A DNA stretch of 62,866 nucleotides, counting the filler, from Octopus bimaculoides (lineage: Eukaryota): assembly GCF_001194135.2 (NCBI RefSeq). It is 5 parts of 5 records of this genome, joined end to end, with 100 filler letters (N's around TTAATTAATTAA, not from the genome) between each part and the next. Parts side by side here need not be neighbours in the genome. Positions count along the whole stretch, not along the records: positions 11,575 to 26,401 come from NC_068981.1; positions 26,502 to 37,377 come from NC_068983.1; 3 more parts are not named here. One strand, given 5' to 3'. The stretch's first letter is position 1. Each line of letters opens with the position of its first letter. Positions 14,493 through 28,928 of this stretch are shown piece by piece. The notes beneath the pieces were generated by a model. The model searched no databases, had not been told where the DNA came from, and saw nothing but the letters and a program-made list of their open reading frames with translations. The translations under genes and the position numbers were made by a program.

Positions 14493-15180
14493 ATATATAT
14501 ANNNNNNNNNNNNNNNNNNNNNNNNNNNNNNNNNNNNNNNNNNNNNNNNNNNNNNNNNNNNNNNNNNNNNNNNNNNNNNNNNNNNNNNNNNNNNNNNNNN
14601 NNNNNNNNNNNNNNNNNNNNNNNNNNNNNNNNNNNNNNNNNNNNNNNNNNNNNNNNNNNNNNNNNNNNNNNNNNNNNNNNNNNNNNNNNNNNNNNNNNNN
14701 NNNNNNNNNNNNNNNNNNNNNNNNNNNNNNNNNNNNNNNNNNNNNNNNNNNNNNNNNNNNNNNNNNNNNNNNNNNNNNNNNNNNNNNNNNNNNNNNNNNN
14801 NNNNNNNNNNNNNNNNNNNNNNNNNNNNNNNNNNNNNNNNNNNNNNNNNNNNNNNNNNNNNNNNNNNNNNNNNNNNNNNNNNNNNNNNNNNNNNNNNNNN
14901 NNNNNNNNNNNNNNNNNNNNNNNNNNNNNNNNNNNNNNNNNNNNNNNNNNNNNNNNNNNNNNNNNNNNNNNNNNNNNNNNNNNNNNNNNNNNNNNNNNNN
15001 NNNNNNNNNNNNNNNNNNNNNNNNNNNNNNNNNNNNNNNNNNNNNNNNNNNNNNNNNNNNNNNNNNNNNNNNNNNNNNNNNNNNNNNNNNNNNNNNNNNN
15101 NNNNNNNNNNNNNNNNNNNNNNNNNNNNNNNNNNNNNNNNNNNNNNNNNNNNNNNNNNNNNNNNNNNNNNNNNNNNNNNN

Positions 15181-15218
<38 letters not shown>

Positions 15219-15718
15219 TGTGTGTATGATGTCTATATGTTTCCATGCATGTATATGATTAAACTCCAGAGAAGCTGATGTTGGTGTTTTCGATAAGACT
15301 TATGTAGAAAAATCGAGAAAAAGTGTACTCTGAACTTGAGGTTGGTAATGGAACATCCACTATTTCGAAATGGTCTAAAGTAGCGAAATGTATAAGATAA
15401 AACAGAGCTGCAAAATTCTCTTTTTTTAATTAGAGAATATAAAACTCTACTATCTCCCATTTATTCTTCACCTTTCAACTTTACCCTGAAGGAGACTCTC
15501 TGAAACTTTGGAATTACCACTTCTCAGGTCAAGTTTCCTGTAGTNNNNNNNNNNNNNNNNNNNNNNNNNNNNNNNNNNNNNNNNNNNNNNNNNNNNNNNN
15601 NNNNNNNNNNNNNNNNNNNNNNNNNNNNNNNNNNNNNNNNNNNNNNNNNNNNNNNNNNNNNNNNNNNNNNNNNNNNNNNNNNNNNNNNNNNNNNNNNNNN
15701 NNNNNNNNNNNNNNNNNN

Positions 15719-15783
<65 letters not shown>

Positions 15784-17034
15784 TCGTGTATCTGTGTGTC
15801 TGTGCGTGTTTTTGTCTGTGTTTATCCATCACCACTGCATGAAACCCGTGTTGGTTTGTTTACGTCCCTGCAAAAAGTGGTTCGGCAAAACGGAACCGAT
15901 GGAATAAGTACCAGGCTTAAAAAAAAAACTAAGTAATAGAGTCGATTCATTAAACGAAAAGTTCTTCAAGACAGTGCTCCAGCATGGCCGCAATTTAATA
16001 ACGGAAACAAATAAAAGAAAAAATAGTGTTTAGGTATCTTTTATATGCATCAATTAAAATGCCTTGTGAAATACAATTAGTTACTTATTTGTATATATTT
16101 TATATATGTGATATATTAAATCAATATCTCATCCTATTTGAGATATTCCCCTCTGAAACATCTGAGTGTTGAAGATCCCAACTTGCTCAAATATTTTTGC
16201 GTGTATCGGTAAGATAGTGAATGTATTTCCATGATATCCATTGATCATACGATACTTAGTTGCATATTAAGTGACCCATTGACATCTTTGAAAACAAACT
16301 GAGATAGATGTTTATTTTTCTACATATTTATCGCCTTTACTCCTCTCTCATTTTCTAGTGAGTATTATTTTCCTTTCAACATCTATGACTTACATTCTTA
16401 AGTTGTCATTTTCTTAGATTTCTTAACGTAATTCTTCTGCGGACTTTGTGCATCCTTTCATAAATATGTTTTCCTTTTCCATTTGAAATATCTCTTGCAT
16501 TATTGGCATAAACTGCAACAGCTTCACGTCATTTACTTGCATAAAGTGATTTTAGTGTCAGTTCTATTTGGATACCTAATAATAGCCAGCTAACCTGCGA
16601 ATCCATGCTGGTCAAAGTCAGAGTGGTTCACTTGAGCTGATAAACAGCTGCAGTTTATTTCGCAGCGTACAATTGTTATCTTCAAACAGATTCTTGAAAT
16701 CAATTTAACCTTCAATATTAGTCCCATATTATATTTAATGATTTGCGCTGACTTATAAAAAAAATTGATCTGTTGGTGTGGCAGCTATGTTCTTTGTCTA
16801 AAGTTTTGCTGTGATATTCCCTTTCGAATATGAATCAGGTGCCATTTGAAATTGGGGACATGAAACTCACTGAAATACAAAACTTTAGAATTCCTGGGTA
16901 AGTCCTCAAATTTCAGAGTACATTATATGCCGAGTATATTATACGTTAGGTAACTATGGTGCTAACATTTACGGTCAAAATAAATGTTATTAAATAACGT
17001 TGATGACAACGATGACTGTGGCTATAACGACGGC

Positions 17035-17071
17035 TAAGATGATGATGAAGCTATGATGACGGTAATGATGT

Positions 17072-17142
<71 letters not shown>

Positions 17143-17185
17143 CGGAGGGTGAGGAGGAGGAGGAGGAGGAGAAGGAGGAGGAGAG
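17035..17185. repeat. (GAT)n-(GAG)n microsatellite
   Basis: Directly visible. Confidence 0.97.
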
Positions 17186-19937
17186 ATGTAGCAATTCGCT
17201 GTTGGTAAAATATCCGTCAAAAAGTTTAATTTAGCTACGTGCAAAAGGAATTCTAGTTCACAGATTAAAAAATACAGCCAGGAATGACAGTCCTAGAATA
17301 GTCCTTTTTCAAATATAACAGAGAGAATCTTTGCCACGTTTAGATACGGAAGTTAAAGAAATTATATATAGGAAAATATCTGCATAACTATCTGCACAGC
17401 ACAGTACAAATGCTGTCGGTAGAAACACTTTTGTTTTCAGAGAAAGAGAAATGAGAAAACAAGAGAGTTATTATGCATGAGTTAATGTATCAGTCCATAA
17501 GTTGAAAGTGAAAATATTAGCAACACGACCAGCTATTAGCACTTGCATAAATCCAGCGATTTTATGCTTTAGTTCAGGCGGTTCGTTTCCGGAAATTATT
17601 AAAAAGAAGTCTAGCACTTACGATTTTCTAAAGTAATTAAACAGCTATTGTTTGGTTGAAACCAGTCATTTGATTAGAATATATTGTTGTCTACTAGTTC
17701 AAGAGACTAAATATACTGTAAGATGTGTTTAAACGTACTCTTCTAGAAATTGTCGATCGCAGCAAATTGTAACTGTTCTGATTGGATGAAAACATTCTGG
17801 TGACTTGGTTGTTTTTTTTTACTGTTTATATATATTACAGTGATCTGCAGTTTTTTATAAGAGAAAGAGACAACTGACATATTAGCTTACGTGCGAAATG
17901 ATGTTCATGTGTTTTTGTATGCAAGTGTATGAAGAGACTCAAAGTTACAAATACATTGCTATACTGACTTATATATATTTCCCTGAGGCAGCTTTGAAAG
18001 GAAGCAGGTTAAAAGTTGAACTTCTTCAAGAATGAATTTAACTCCTATCCTCAACACACCGAGAGATTAAGGAGCGCTAATATGTCCAAGGCTTTAAACC
18101 TTGTCACGATGAAGAGCATAGAAAGCTCTTTTACGCTCGAATTATAAGATATGCAATTGCTGTGAAAGTCTCGAAACAAATACTATGGTGTTCTTATGTT
18201 AGGTAGCCGGGATAAGAAAAGCAAAGTTATATATTTAACGATGTAATGTGCAGTGATATGTAGAAAAATGTATTGGAATGGGAAAGTTTTGAAAGCTAAT
18301 GTTATGTAATAATTGATATATTCCGATGGTTAAGAATGCCTCGTACTGGATCCCACTACGTGTAATTATGAGTCTTCCTATAATATTGGGTCGACATATG
18401 CTTTGTAATTGAAATAGGGCATAGGTAAACTTATGGAATCTCGTCGGGCAGATTGATCATGTAATTCAAAACACAACCTGATACCTTAAAATTGTGACAA
18501 GGATACACTTCGCTGTGTGTTGCTCATCTATCTACACAGTAACCCGCCTCTTGGTGATAAAAACTCTGAGATATGCAGGAAGGTTTGTAGGTGTGGAAGC
18601 AATAATTACATGTTGGTTAGAGTGAAATAAGAAAGAAATAACGGAAGTATGTTATAGATATCCGGGCAAATGGTATCATTTCGAGCGGAAATAGACTAAT
18701 TTGCTTAGAAGATTTTTGACGACTGGTGTCATTTAGTTGATTACTTCTCTACCACCTTTACGTGAAAGTTATCAGTCAATATGAAACTATGATAGGAGAC
18801 ACTTCGTCGTTGTGCCATGCAGATAGATAAAATCTAGGATCTCGCACTTGGCAAGAGAATTTCTTATATATAATGATTATTTCCAGAGATATTCCAACAT
18901 TAAATTACTTTTCTCGGAATTTAATGTTATTAACTTAGTGGATGCTTTAAAAGCAGAATTATTGTGAAACGGTTATGATTCAGTACGATGAAACATTTGT
19001 TCTTTTCATTACTATTTGAAATCCATTTTATTTCCACTTGAGAAAATGTGAATGTCACAGCATTCTATTTCACAACCCTTATAATCCATATAATATTTGT
19101 AAAAATAAGGATTGTTCACGATGACAAATATTGAATTGAACAATATAAAGATTTTAGCTGTTTTTCTTCAGTTATGTCATAGAACAAATATCAATCAATG
19201 AAGACAACATGTTACATCCTGAAATTATTTTGAAAATTGATCGATAGTCTCTTGGGGAGATTAATAATTTGTAATAAAAATATCCCCTATGTATTTTCTG
19301 TTTATCGTAGAAATCTCAAATCATGTATGAAAACGCTGTTTTAGATATAGTCGTTATCGCATTGTAAATGTTCTTATCTCTGAGCATATATTACAATGGG
19401 CAACGGTCACTGAAAGAACAATCACAAAAGCAGCAAACCAATACTCGAATTAGTTATTCTAGTTGTTTCGTTGAAATCGCTTGACTGAAAAATGTGGGCC
19501 TGTGTTGATTGGGAGTTTTTTTGCTAAGGGTAGGTAGTATGATTTCAATTTACATATAAAGCTACACATGTTTGCCTCTTAAATTCAATGACTTCACAAA
19601 TGTACCTAAGATATGAATACAGAGATTAATATATCAGTATTTTTTGTATATTTGTATGGTTAATTATACAGCATATTTGATTTAGATGTGTCTAACGCCA
19701 CATGGATATCTTGAAATTGCATTTGGATCCTAAGTAGTCTATTCTATTTTACTCAAATTCCAGCCACTGTCATGGTTTAAACTGAACAATGTGCATGTAA
19801 ATTTAACTAACATTATATTTGGTATTGGACTATGACTGTCGATTTTGATTGCAACAAAAGTGAGAGGAATAGTTGGAGACCTGATACGACTAAAAGAAAA
19901 AGCAGTTATCAGTTTGACCCTCTAATGATCCTAGATT

Positions 19938-20157
19938 TGAATTTCGAATCAGGAATACTAGACCCTAGATTAGGTTAGAGTGAGGTTTCACAAGTAAGTT
20001 CTATGTATCTCATATATTTAAATTATATCTGACTTAGTAACCATTGATTGGACACACTATAGCTGAAACTCATTAATTCTTAATCCACCAAGGACTGGTG
20101 GTTAAAAATTACACTCTGACCTAATTTAGGGTCTAGTATTCATATATTTGAAATTCA
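19938..20157. mobile_element. ~220-bp MITE-like element with ~50-bp imperfect TIRs
   Basis: TGAATTTCGAATCAGGAATACTAGACCCTAGATTAGGTTAGAGTG versus the reverse complement of 20105-20157, TGAATTTCAAATATATGAATACTAGACCCTAAATTAGGTCAGAGTG. Confidence 0.7.
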
Positions 20158-21773
20158 TAGCTATGTAAGTTTAATTATATCCTCTTCATTTTCAACTGAG
20201 ATGGGGTGCACAACTGTTTTCTTTTCATCAATATCACAATGTTAAAAGAGAGACACATACATACACACACATATAAATATTTGTATATANNNNNNNNNNN
20301 NNNNNNNNNNNNNNNATATATATACACATATATATACTTTTCTGTGCTGAACGTACAAAATTGATTCGAACCAAAAATGATTTTAAGAATCAATTGAAAT
20401 ATATCGAAATATAAAGGTTTTCATAACCCAGACGACTCTACAAAGGAATGTAAGTTTAAATATATCCAAATCACTCTCGACCGAGATGGGGTGCCGAGAT
20501 ATTTACTTTTTATCAACATCGCCATTTCAGAGGGAGGCTAATTTAAGTGACTACAGAATGAGTGACGAAAGGAAACGTTCGAAAACTTGATTTATGTTAT
20601 CATGTATGTTTATCAAACGGAATGCTTACTCTTTCCATATGTTGAGATGCTAAACAAATGACCAGAGACTGTACCAAAGGGAAGAAACGATAGGAAATGA
20701 ATTGAAGAATCCGCCCTACTTCAGATATATCTTTCATTTGGTGTTTAACATCTCACACATCCATAAGTAATGCCCTTCATGATTATATTAGATTTCTTTC
20801 GTGTTCTTTTCATGAGTCAAATGTGAGGAAATTAATCTATTTTATACAATTTATTTCGTGTTATATAATAGTGTAGGAACTGAACTCCTTTTCATGATAA
20901 CTTTACTTTGCTCATTGTTGTGATGTTATTTCTGTATCAAGAAACCTTCTAAAGAAGTCCGCTAAAGCATTCGAGTGTGCATTGTTAATTAAAATGTGAT
21001 CCTCGGGGTATTCGATAGTATAGCTGCGTTACTAGATCAAGATTTACAGTATCTCTATTTAGCCTCACCCTATGTATGCAGCGGATGTGTTCAAGTGGGA
21101 AATAATGGGCCAACAAAGAGAATGTGCTTTCTTACGTATTAAATATTCTGTATAAGTAGACAAGGTGGTAGTTTGCAGATGGATGTTTATCGCTAATGAA
21201 TAGTTCACTCCGGCTGAAACGTAACTGTAAGAGGATGACTTGCATATAATCTAAATTATTTTGCTATTATTAAGCCAGATTTTTCTTAATGCATGTTCTT
21301 GAAATGTGCGAAAGATTCTGGTGATTAGTAAACTTTATGACGTTTGATGATAGAAGTAAGTTATCTAATATTTTAGACGTGACGTATACAAACATATTTA
21401 GTGCATACAGATGATTCTCACTTACTGTAGTACTCTATACAGTAAACGTAGCGAGGATATGAGACGATTATGAGAGTATTATATAAAAATTCCATATAGA
21501 TTATATAAGGGACGGCAATGCCATTTTATGTAGTCAAAGTTCACTTGTACACACAGACACAAGGAACCAAACAGACACACAGACAGACACAAACACGTAC
21601 GCACACACTCACACACACGCACGCGCGCATACACATACGTGTCTGCATGCGTGCTCGTGTGTATATACTATATATACATGTGTGTTTATATATATGTATG
21701 CATGTATCTACCTATGTATCTTTCTCTCTATCTATGTGCATCCATGTATACATGGACACACATACACACACGT

Positions 21774-21832
<59 letters not shown>

Positions 21833-23753
21833 NNNNNNNNNNNNNNNNNNNNNNNNNNNNNNNNNNNNNNNNNNNNNNNNNNNNNNNNNNNNNNNNNNNN
21901 NNNNNNNNNNNNNNNNNNNNNNNNNNNNNNNNNNNNNNNNNNNNNNNNNNNNNNNNNNNNNNNNNNNNNNNNNNNNNNNNNNNNNNNNNNNNNNNNNNNN
22001 NNNNNNNNNNNNNNNNNNNNNNNNNNNNNNNNNNNNNNNNNNNNNNNNNNNNNNNNNNNNNNNNNNNNNNNNNNNNNNNATATATATATATATATATATA
22101 TACATACATACACACACACATATATATATATATATAAGGGAGATTCTTTCCGTTTGTCTGTTTGTCCACCAAAATGAAAGTAAATTGTTCAAGGGAATCT
22201 ATCATGCTTTTTCTATATACAATTATGCTATTGCCTAAGTTGTCGCAACAAAAATTATACAGTGTTACAAAACTAATTGTGCACAAACCTATGAGGAGCT
22301 GCATTGTTGCCAATATTTTCACTGGTTGTGGCAAATATTCTCACTGGTTGTGGCAAAGGTGACACCGTCTTCGTTTCTCGCATATCAGTTGTACCAGTTT
22401 CTGAAGAGATTACATTTTATTTTGGTGGCATAATTTTTGAATATTTCAGACCGAAAAGTATGAACATAGACGAAATTATACAGTAATCTCTATTATTGCC
22501 TTTATTAATAAATAAAAGAACATACGATTCATTTATATTTGTCATATAATAAACAATCAGAAGTTCATGTATGAGACTGATTCTTTCTACTTCAATTACT
22601 ACGATTTTTCTCTTATAAAAATACACACATAGAGGAGGAGTAAATAATATATATACTAAATGTGGTTCCCCCAAAACAATAAAAGTAACTACTCGATCAA
22701 CAACGGGCATTACTGCTAGTAATATATATATATATATATATATATAATGAAATGGAGTTAAACGCAGGTGTTATTCAAATCTTTGTACTTCCGACACATG
22801 TTTCGAAGAAAACATAGATATTATTCAGGGAATATTTTATCTAGGTTCCTCCCATATGATAAAGGCAAATCTTTTTGTCCGCTCTTTAACGGAGAACAAT
22901 TTATCATTCTGTTCTCGGACAATTTTCTCGTAAACATGTTTAAAAAACGCGTTTATTGTTGCAAACATTGGCAAAGACATACTTTTAGTTCTTACAAGTT
23001 TTTCCTGCCAATCTAAAAATTCGACCCTTAACTGTCTTCTTACATTTCATTTCCACTACATATATTTATTTCCACGCTTTTAAGCTTTATACTCATTCAT
23101 TTATCCCACTATATTTCTCCACTTTTAATTTTCTGATAATTTGTTTGTTTCTCATCCTCTTTCTCCAAATTGCCCTTGACGTTAAATCTATTAACGATTA
23201 AAAAAAATATTAACTTGTCAGCATTCCCCCTCATCGTATACGCGGTAATCACATTCGGTTAAAATGGCTTATTAATGTGTTTTGTTTCTCCTTTTTTCCC
23301 CTGACGAGATTATTGAATTGTTTTGCATCATTTTATTCCCCCCAGAATAATTTTAATGTTTTCTTCCAAACATGTGTCGAAAGTATAAATATTTGAATAA
23401 CACCTACGTTTGATTCCATTTCTTAATTTATGTATGTTATACAAAACCATTTCACTTAATGTTGGAATTTCTACCTTTATAAGTAGGCTGTAATATCCTT
23501 GGCACTTATGTCAATTTTTGCTACACTGGTAACTATTTTTTCCGTGTTATTTGTACACATTCAAATAACACACGCATATATATTATAGTGGTGCACCAGC
23601 ATGGCATCAGTCAAATGACTGAAACAAGTAAAATTATAAAAGAATACATATTGTGTATATATATATATATATGCACACACAAGATATTGTATGTATATGT
23701 ATGTATGTATCTATCTATGCGACTATTTATCTATGTGTATATATATGTATGTA

Positions 23754-23796
<43 letters not shown>

Positions 23797-24324
23797 NNNN
23801 NNNNNNNNNNNNNNNNNNNNNNNNNNNNNNNNNNNNNNNNNNNNNNNNNNNNNNNNNNNNNNNNNNNNNNNNNNNNNNNNNNNNNNNNNNNNNNNNNNNN
23901 NNNNNNNNNNNNNNNNNNNNNNNNNNNNNNNNNNNNNNNNNNNNNNNNNNNNNNNNNNNNNNNNNNNNNNNNNNNNNNNNNNNNNNNNNNNNNNNNNNNN
24001 NNNNNNNNNNNNNNNNNNNNNNNNNNNNNNNNNNNNNNNNNNNNNNNNNNNNNNNNNNNNNNNNNNNNNNNNNNNNNNNNNNNNNNNNNNNNNNNNNNNN
24101 NNNNNNNNNNNNNNNNNNNNNNNNNNNNNNNNNNNNNNNNNNNNNNNNNNNNNNNNNNNNNNNNNNNNNNNNNNNNNNNNNNNNNNNNNNNNNNNNNNNN
24201 NNNNNNNNNNNNNNNNNNNNNNNNNNNNNNNNNNNNNNNNNNNNNNNNNNNNNNNNNNNNNNNNNNNNNNNNNNNNNNNNNNNNNNNNNNNNNNNNNNNN
24301 NNNNNNNNNNNNNNNNNNNNNNNN

Positions 24325-24359
<35 letters not shown>

Positions 24360-24825
24360 ATATATATTTATATATACATGTGTGTGCATTTGTGTGTGCG
24401 AGAATGAGTGTGTGTGTGTGTGTGTGTGTGTGTGTCTGTGAGTGTGAATATGTGTGGGGAGTCTGTGTGTGCGCGTGCGCTTGTTCATCAGTGTGTATCT
24501 GTGTATATATAGATACGACCTGAAAGTCTGCGGAAAAGCAGTGGATTGTTACCATAGAAAAATCTCGAGGAAAATGTTTTCATTCGTTCCTTTCTATTGA
24601 AAATGACAAGTGAGAAAAATGGTTGAATCCAGACAAAAATGTTGGTTTCATTTGTTCCTATTTCTTTATGATTCTGGTGAACTCTCATTTGCTACTTCTT
24701 CTTTCGTAATCAAACATAGTTATATCCACGTATGATTTTAAGAATATTTTCGTCAAACAATATAAACTTATCAATTCAATTCAGTACATGTTTTCGTGAT
24801 GGATTTTTGCATAGAACAGGAATAC

Positions 24826-24827
24826 TA

Positions 24828-24913
<86 letters not shown>

Positions 24914-24914
24914 G

Positions 24915-24970
<56 letters not shown>
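24826..24970. repeat. (ATCT)n microsatellite
   Basis: Directly visible. Confidence 0.98.
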
Positions 24971-25876
24971 ATATACATATATATTCATATATATAAAACA
25001 TATATGCATATATATATAATACATACTTATGCATGTATACATATATATNNNNNNNNNNNNNNNNNNNNNNNNNNNNNNNNNNNNNNNNNNNNNNNNNNNN
25101 NNNNNNNNNNNNNNNNNNNNNNNNNNNNNNNNNNNNNNNNNNNNNNNNNNNNNNNNNNNNNNNNNNNNNNNNNNNNNNNNNNNNNNNNNNNNNNNNNNNN
25201 NNNNNNNNNNNNNNNNNNNNNNNNNNNNNNNNNNNNNNNNNNNNNNNNNNNNNNNNNNNNNNNNNNNNNNNNNNNNNNNNNNNNNNNNNNNNNNNNNNNN
25301 NNNNNNNNNNNNNNNNNNNNNNNNNNNNNNNNNNNNNNNNNNNNNNNNNNNNNNNNNNNNNNNNNNNNNNNNNNNNNNNNNNNNNNNNNNNNNNNNNNNN
25401 NNNNNNNNNNNNNNNNNNNNNNNNNNNNNNNNNNNNNNNNNNNNNNNNNNNNNNNNNNNNNNNNNNNNNNNNNNNNNNNNNNNNNNNNNNNNNNNNNNNN
25501 NNNNNNNNNNNNNNNNNNNNNNNNNNNNNNNNNNNNNNNNNNNNNNNNNNNNNNNNNNNNNNNNNNNNNNNNNNNNNNNNNNNNNNNNNNNNNNNNNNNN
25601 NNNNNNNNNNNNNNNNNNNNNNNNNNNNNNNNNNNNNNNNNNNNNNNNNNNNNNNNNNNNNNNNNNNNNNNNNNNNNNNNNNNNNNNNNNNNNNNNNNNN
25701 NNNNNNNNNNNNNNNNNNNNNNNNNNNNNNNNNNNNNNNNNNNNNNNNNNNNNNNNNNNNNNNNNNNNNNNNNNNNNNNNNNNNNNNNNNNNNNNNNNNN
25801 NNNNNNNNNNNNNNNNNNNNNNNNNNNNNNNNNNNNNNNNNNNNNNNNNNNNNNNNNNNNNNNNNNNNNNNNNNNN

Positions 25877-26401
25877 AATTGCTAAATAGAACTGGATGCG
25901 GTTACAAATGCTACGGAAAAACAGTCAGCCACTTTCTATATATGGATGACCTAAAATTATATGCTAAAAACGACAAAGAGCTAGAAACACTACAACAGAC
26001 AGTACACGGCTTTACCAAGGAAATTGATATGAAATTCGAATTAGAAAAATGTGCGAAAGCAACCCTGAAAAGTGGAAAATTAGTTAAAAGCAGCAAAATA
26101 ACAGTAGATAAAGCCAATGAAATAAGAGAACTAGACGAAAGCCAACCATACAAGCTTTTAGGAGTCAGTGAACTAGATAGGATACAACATACACAAATGA
26201 AAGAAAAAATAAAGAAAGAGTACTATAGACGAGTTAGATCAATACTAAAAACAGAGCTCAATGCTAAAAACAAGATAATGGGTATCGACACTTTAGCTGT
26301 CCCAGTTATAAGCTACAGCTACAACATCCTTAACTGGACACTAAACGAACTAGGTAAAATAGACAGGAAAACAAGAAAAATAATGACAGGATATAGGATG
26401 C
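25877..26401 (+). mobile_element. R4/Dong-clade reverse transcriptase fragment (uninterrupted frame)
   Basis: VSHFLYMDDLKLYAKN...KFELEKCA...YKLLG...KEYYRRVRSILK...DRKTRKIMT; bounded by N gaps on both sides. Confidence 0.93.
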
Positions 26402-26501
26402 NNNNNNNNNNNNNNNNNNNNNNNNNNNNNNNNNNNNNNNNNNNNTTAATTAATTAANNNNNNNNNNNNNNNNNNNNNNNNNNNNNNNNNNNNNNNNNNN
26501 N
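26402..26501. other. Artificial scaffolding spacer
   Basis: 44 N + TTAATTAATTAA + 44 N. Confidence 0.95.
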
Positions 26502-28928
26502 ATATATATATATATATGTGTGTGTGTATCAGTATGCATGTATATGTGTGTGTTTGTGTATGTATATTTATGTATGCATGTACGCTCTCACACATTGATT
26601 GGTATGCGTTGTCCAACCCACTATCCGGCAGCGTCCAATTCTCTAACGGTTTTTTTCAAATGTATCAAGTCATAACCTTATCCATCTATTGTTTTCATAA
26701 TCGGTCATAATGTCTTACGTTTAAGATGATTCCCATGCTTTCCCTGATGAGAAGGTTACAATTTTAATATGGATAACACAGGTTGTAATCCTTTGAAATA
26801 TATGTAGGAATAAAGTATGCAATTATAACATGCGTTTTCTCCAATCCTTAAATTCTTATATATATATATTTATATATATAAAGATATATATATATATATA
26901 TGTAAGCATAAGTTATTACAATGTAACCATAATTTATTATACACTGGAATTATTATTACACGATGAAGGCTGCGAAACGACTGTAATCCTAAGGATACCG
27001 AATGACTACAGAACTAATCCTAAGAACACCAACTGGGTAAATAAATATATTCTACTCTCATTCCAAGAGACATTTTACGAGTTATATATATAGGTGTGTG
27101 CGTGCGTGTGTGTATGTGTGCGTATGTGTGTGTGAGTGTGTATACGTGCGTTTATGTATACGCACACATGCACACACACGTACATATAATATACTTATGG
27201 CGGGAAATTTGTGACGTCATACCATTATGCAACTTACACAAAGTCCTGAAACATATATACATATATACGTATGTGTATATATGTGTATGTATATATATAT
27301 ATATGTCCGGGTGGAGAATTATACCAGATATAGTACTATACAAAATACCGAAAGGATCTTCACCTCTTACATCACACATTTCTTCTTACTTCAACGTCGA
27401 GATGGTATAATTTCCTGGGAGAGAGATAATTTTTCGGCTGAAGATAGCTTTACATTGTAGATTATACACATATTATATTATGTTATATTATATTATATTA
27501 TATTATATTATACACATGTAGAGCTTGAAACACGTGTACCGCGGAATTCTTTGTAGTTTTGTTGTTATTTTTTTCTTTTGGATTTACAATTTATATATAN
27601 NNNNNNNNNNNNNNNNNNNNNNNNNNNNNNNNNNNNNNNNNNNNNNNNNNNNNNNNNNNNNNNNNNNNNNNNNNNNNNNNNNNNNNNNNNNNNNNNNNNN
27701 NNNNNNNNNNNNNNNNNNNNNNNNNNNNNNNNNNNNNNNNNNNNNNNNNNNNNNNNNNNNNNNNNNNNNNNNNNNNNNNNNNNNNNNNNNNNNNNNNNNN
27801 NNNNNNNNNNNNNNNNNNNNNNNNNNNNNNNNNNNNNNNNNNNNNNNNNNNNNNNNNNNNNNNNNNNNNNNNNNNNNNNNNNNNNNNNNNNNNNNNNNNN
27901 NNNNNNNNNNNNNNNNNNNNNNNNNNNNNNNNNNNNNNNNNNNNNNNNNNNNNNNNNNNNNNNNNNNNNNNNNNNNNNNNNNNNNNNNNNNNNNNNNNNN
28001 NNNNNNNNNNNNNNNNNNNNNNNNNNNNNNNNNNNNNNNNNNNNNNNNNNNNNNNNNNNNNNNNNNNNNNNNNNNNNNNNNNNNNNNNNNNNNNNNNNNN
28101 NNNNNNNNNNNNNNNNNNNNNNNNNNNNNNNNNNNNNNNNNNNNNNNNNNNNNNNNNNNNNNNNNNNNNNNNNNNNNNNNNNNNNNNNNNNNNNNNNNNN
28201 NNNNNNNNNNNNNNNNNNNNNNNNNNNNNNNNNNNNNNNNNNNNNNNNNNNNNNNNNNNNNNNNNNNNNNNNNNNNNNNNNNNNNNNNNNNNNNNNNNNN
28301 NNNNNNNNNNNNNNNNNNNNNNNNNNNNNNNNNNNNNNNNNNNNNNNNNNNNNNNNNNNNNNNNNNNNNNNNNNNNNNNNNNNNNNNNNNNNNNNNNNNN
28401 NNNNNNNNNNNNNNNNNNNNNNNNNNNNNNNNNNNNNNNNNNNNNNNNNNNNNNNNNNNNNNNNNNNNNNNNNATATATATATATATATATACATATTGG
28501 TATACACGTCTGTGTATTAGTGCATGCGTGTGCGCGCGCGTTAAGACATATCATTCTAAAGCTATCATTGTATTATAATTTTATACCAGGCGTAAACGGT
28601 GTAAATGTTATTCATGAAATATTAGGAGAATGGCTTGTGATTAGTGTTTTCTAGAAGCTGTTAAACTGTACGTGTTAACATGTCAGACCGGCGACCTGGG
28701 TTATTAACTTTGAACAAAACAACACTAACATTTGTAAGTAAATAATGGATTGCAGTTTTAAATACTCTTTTTATAACCTACCTGTCTATTATTCTGTTTG
28801 TCAATCTAGCTATCTACGCACATGCACACACACATATATAGCTACGCACACGCACACACACGCACACACATATACATACACACACATATATGTAGACAGA
28901 CAAACACACAGACAGAGATTGATAGATA

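Noticed and set aside
16990-17244. Poly-Pro/poly-His ORF resembling a transcription-factor low-complexity domain
   Set aside because: It is the reverse strand of a (GAT)n(GAG)n microsatellite, with no flanking domain or splice support.
22305-22357. Short tandem duplication of a ~21-bp unit (AATATT.TCACTGGTTGTGGCA)
   Set aside because: Only two units; consistent with ordinary slippage.
26744-26750. Other CTGATGA/CTGACGA heptamers (also ~12078, ~49018 and in the LINE near 11430)
   Set aside because: No downstream stem II-GAAA-stem III arrangement.
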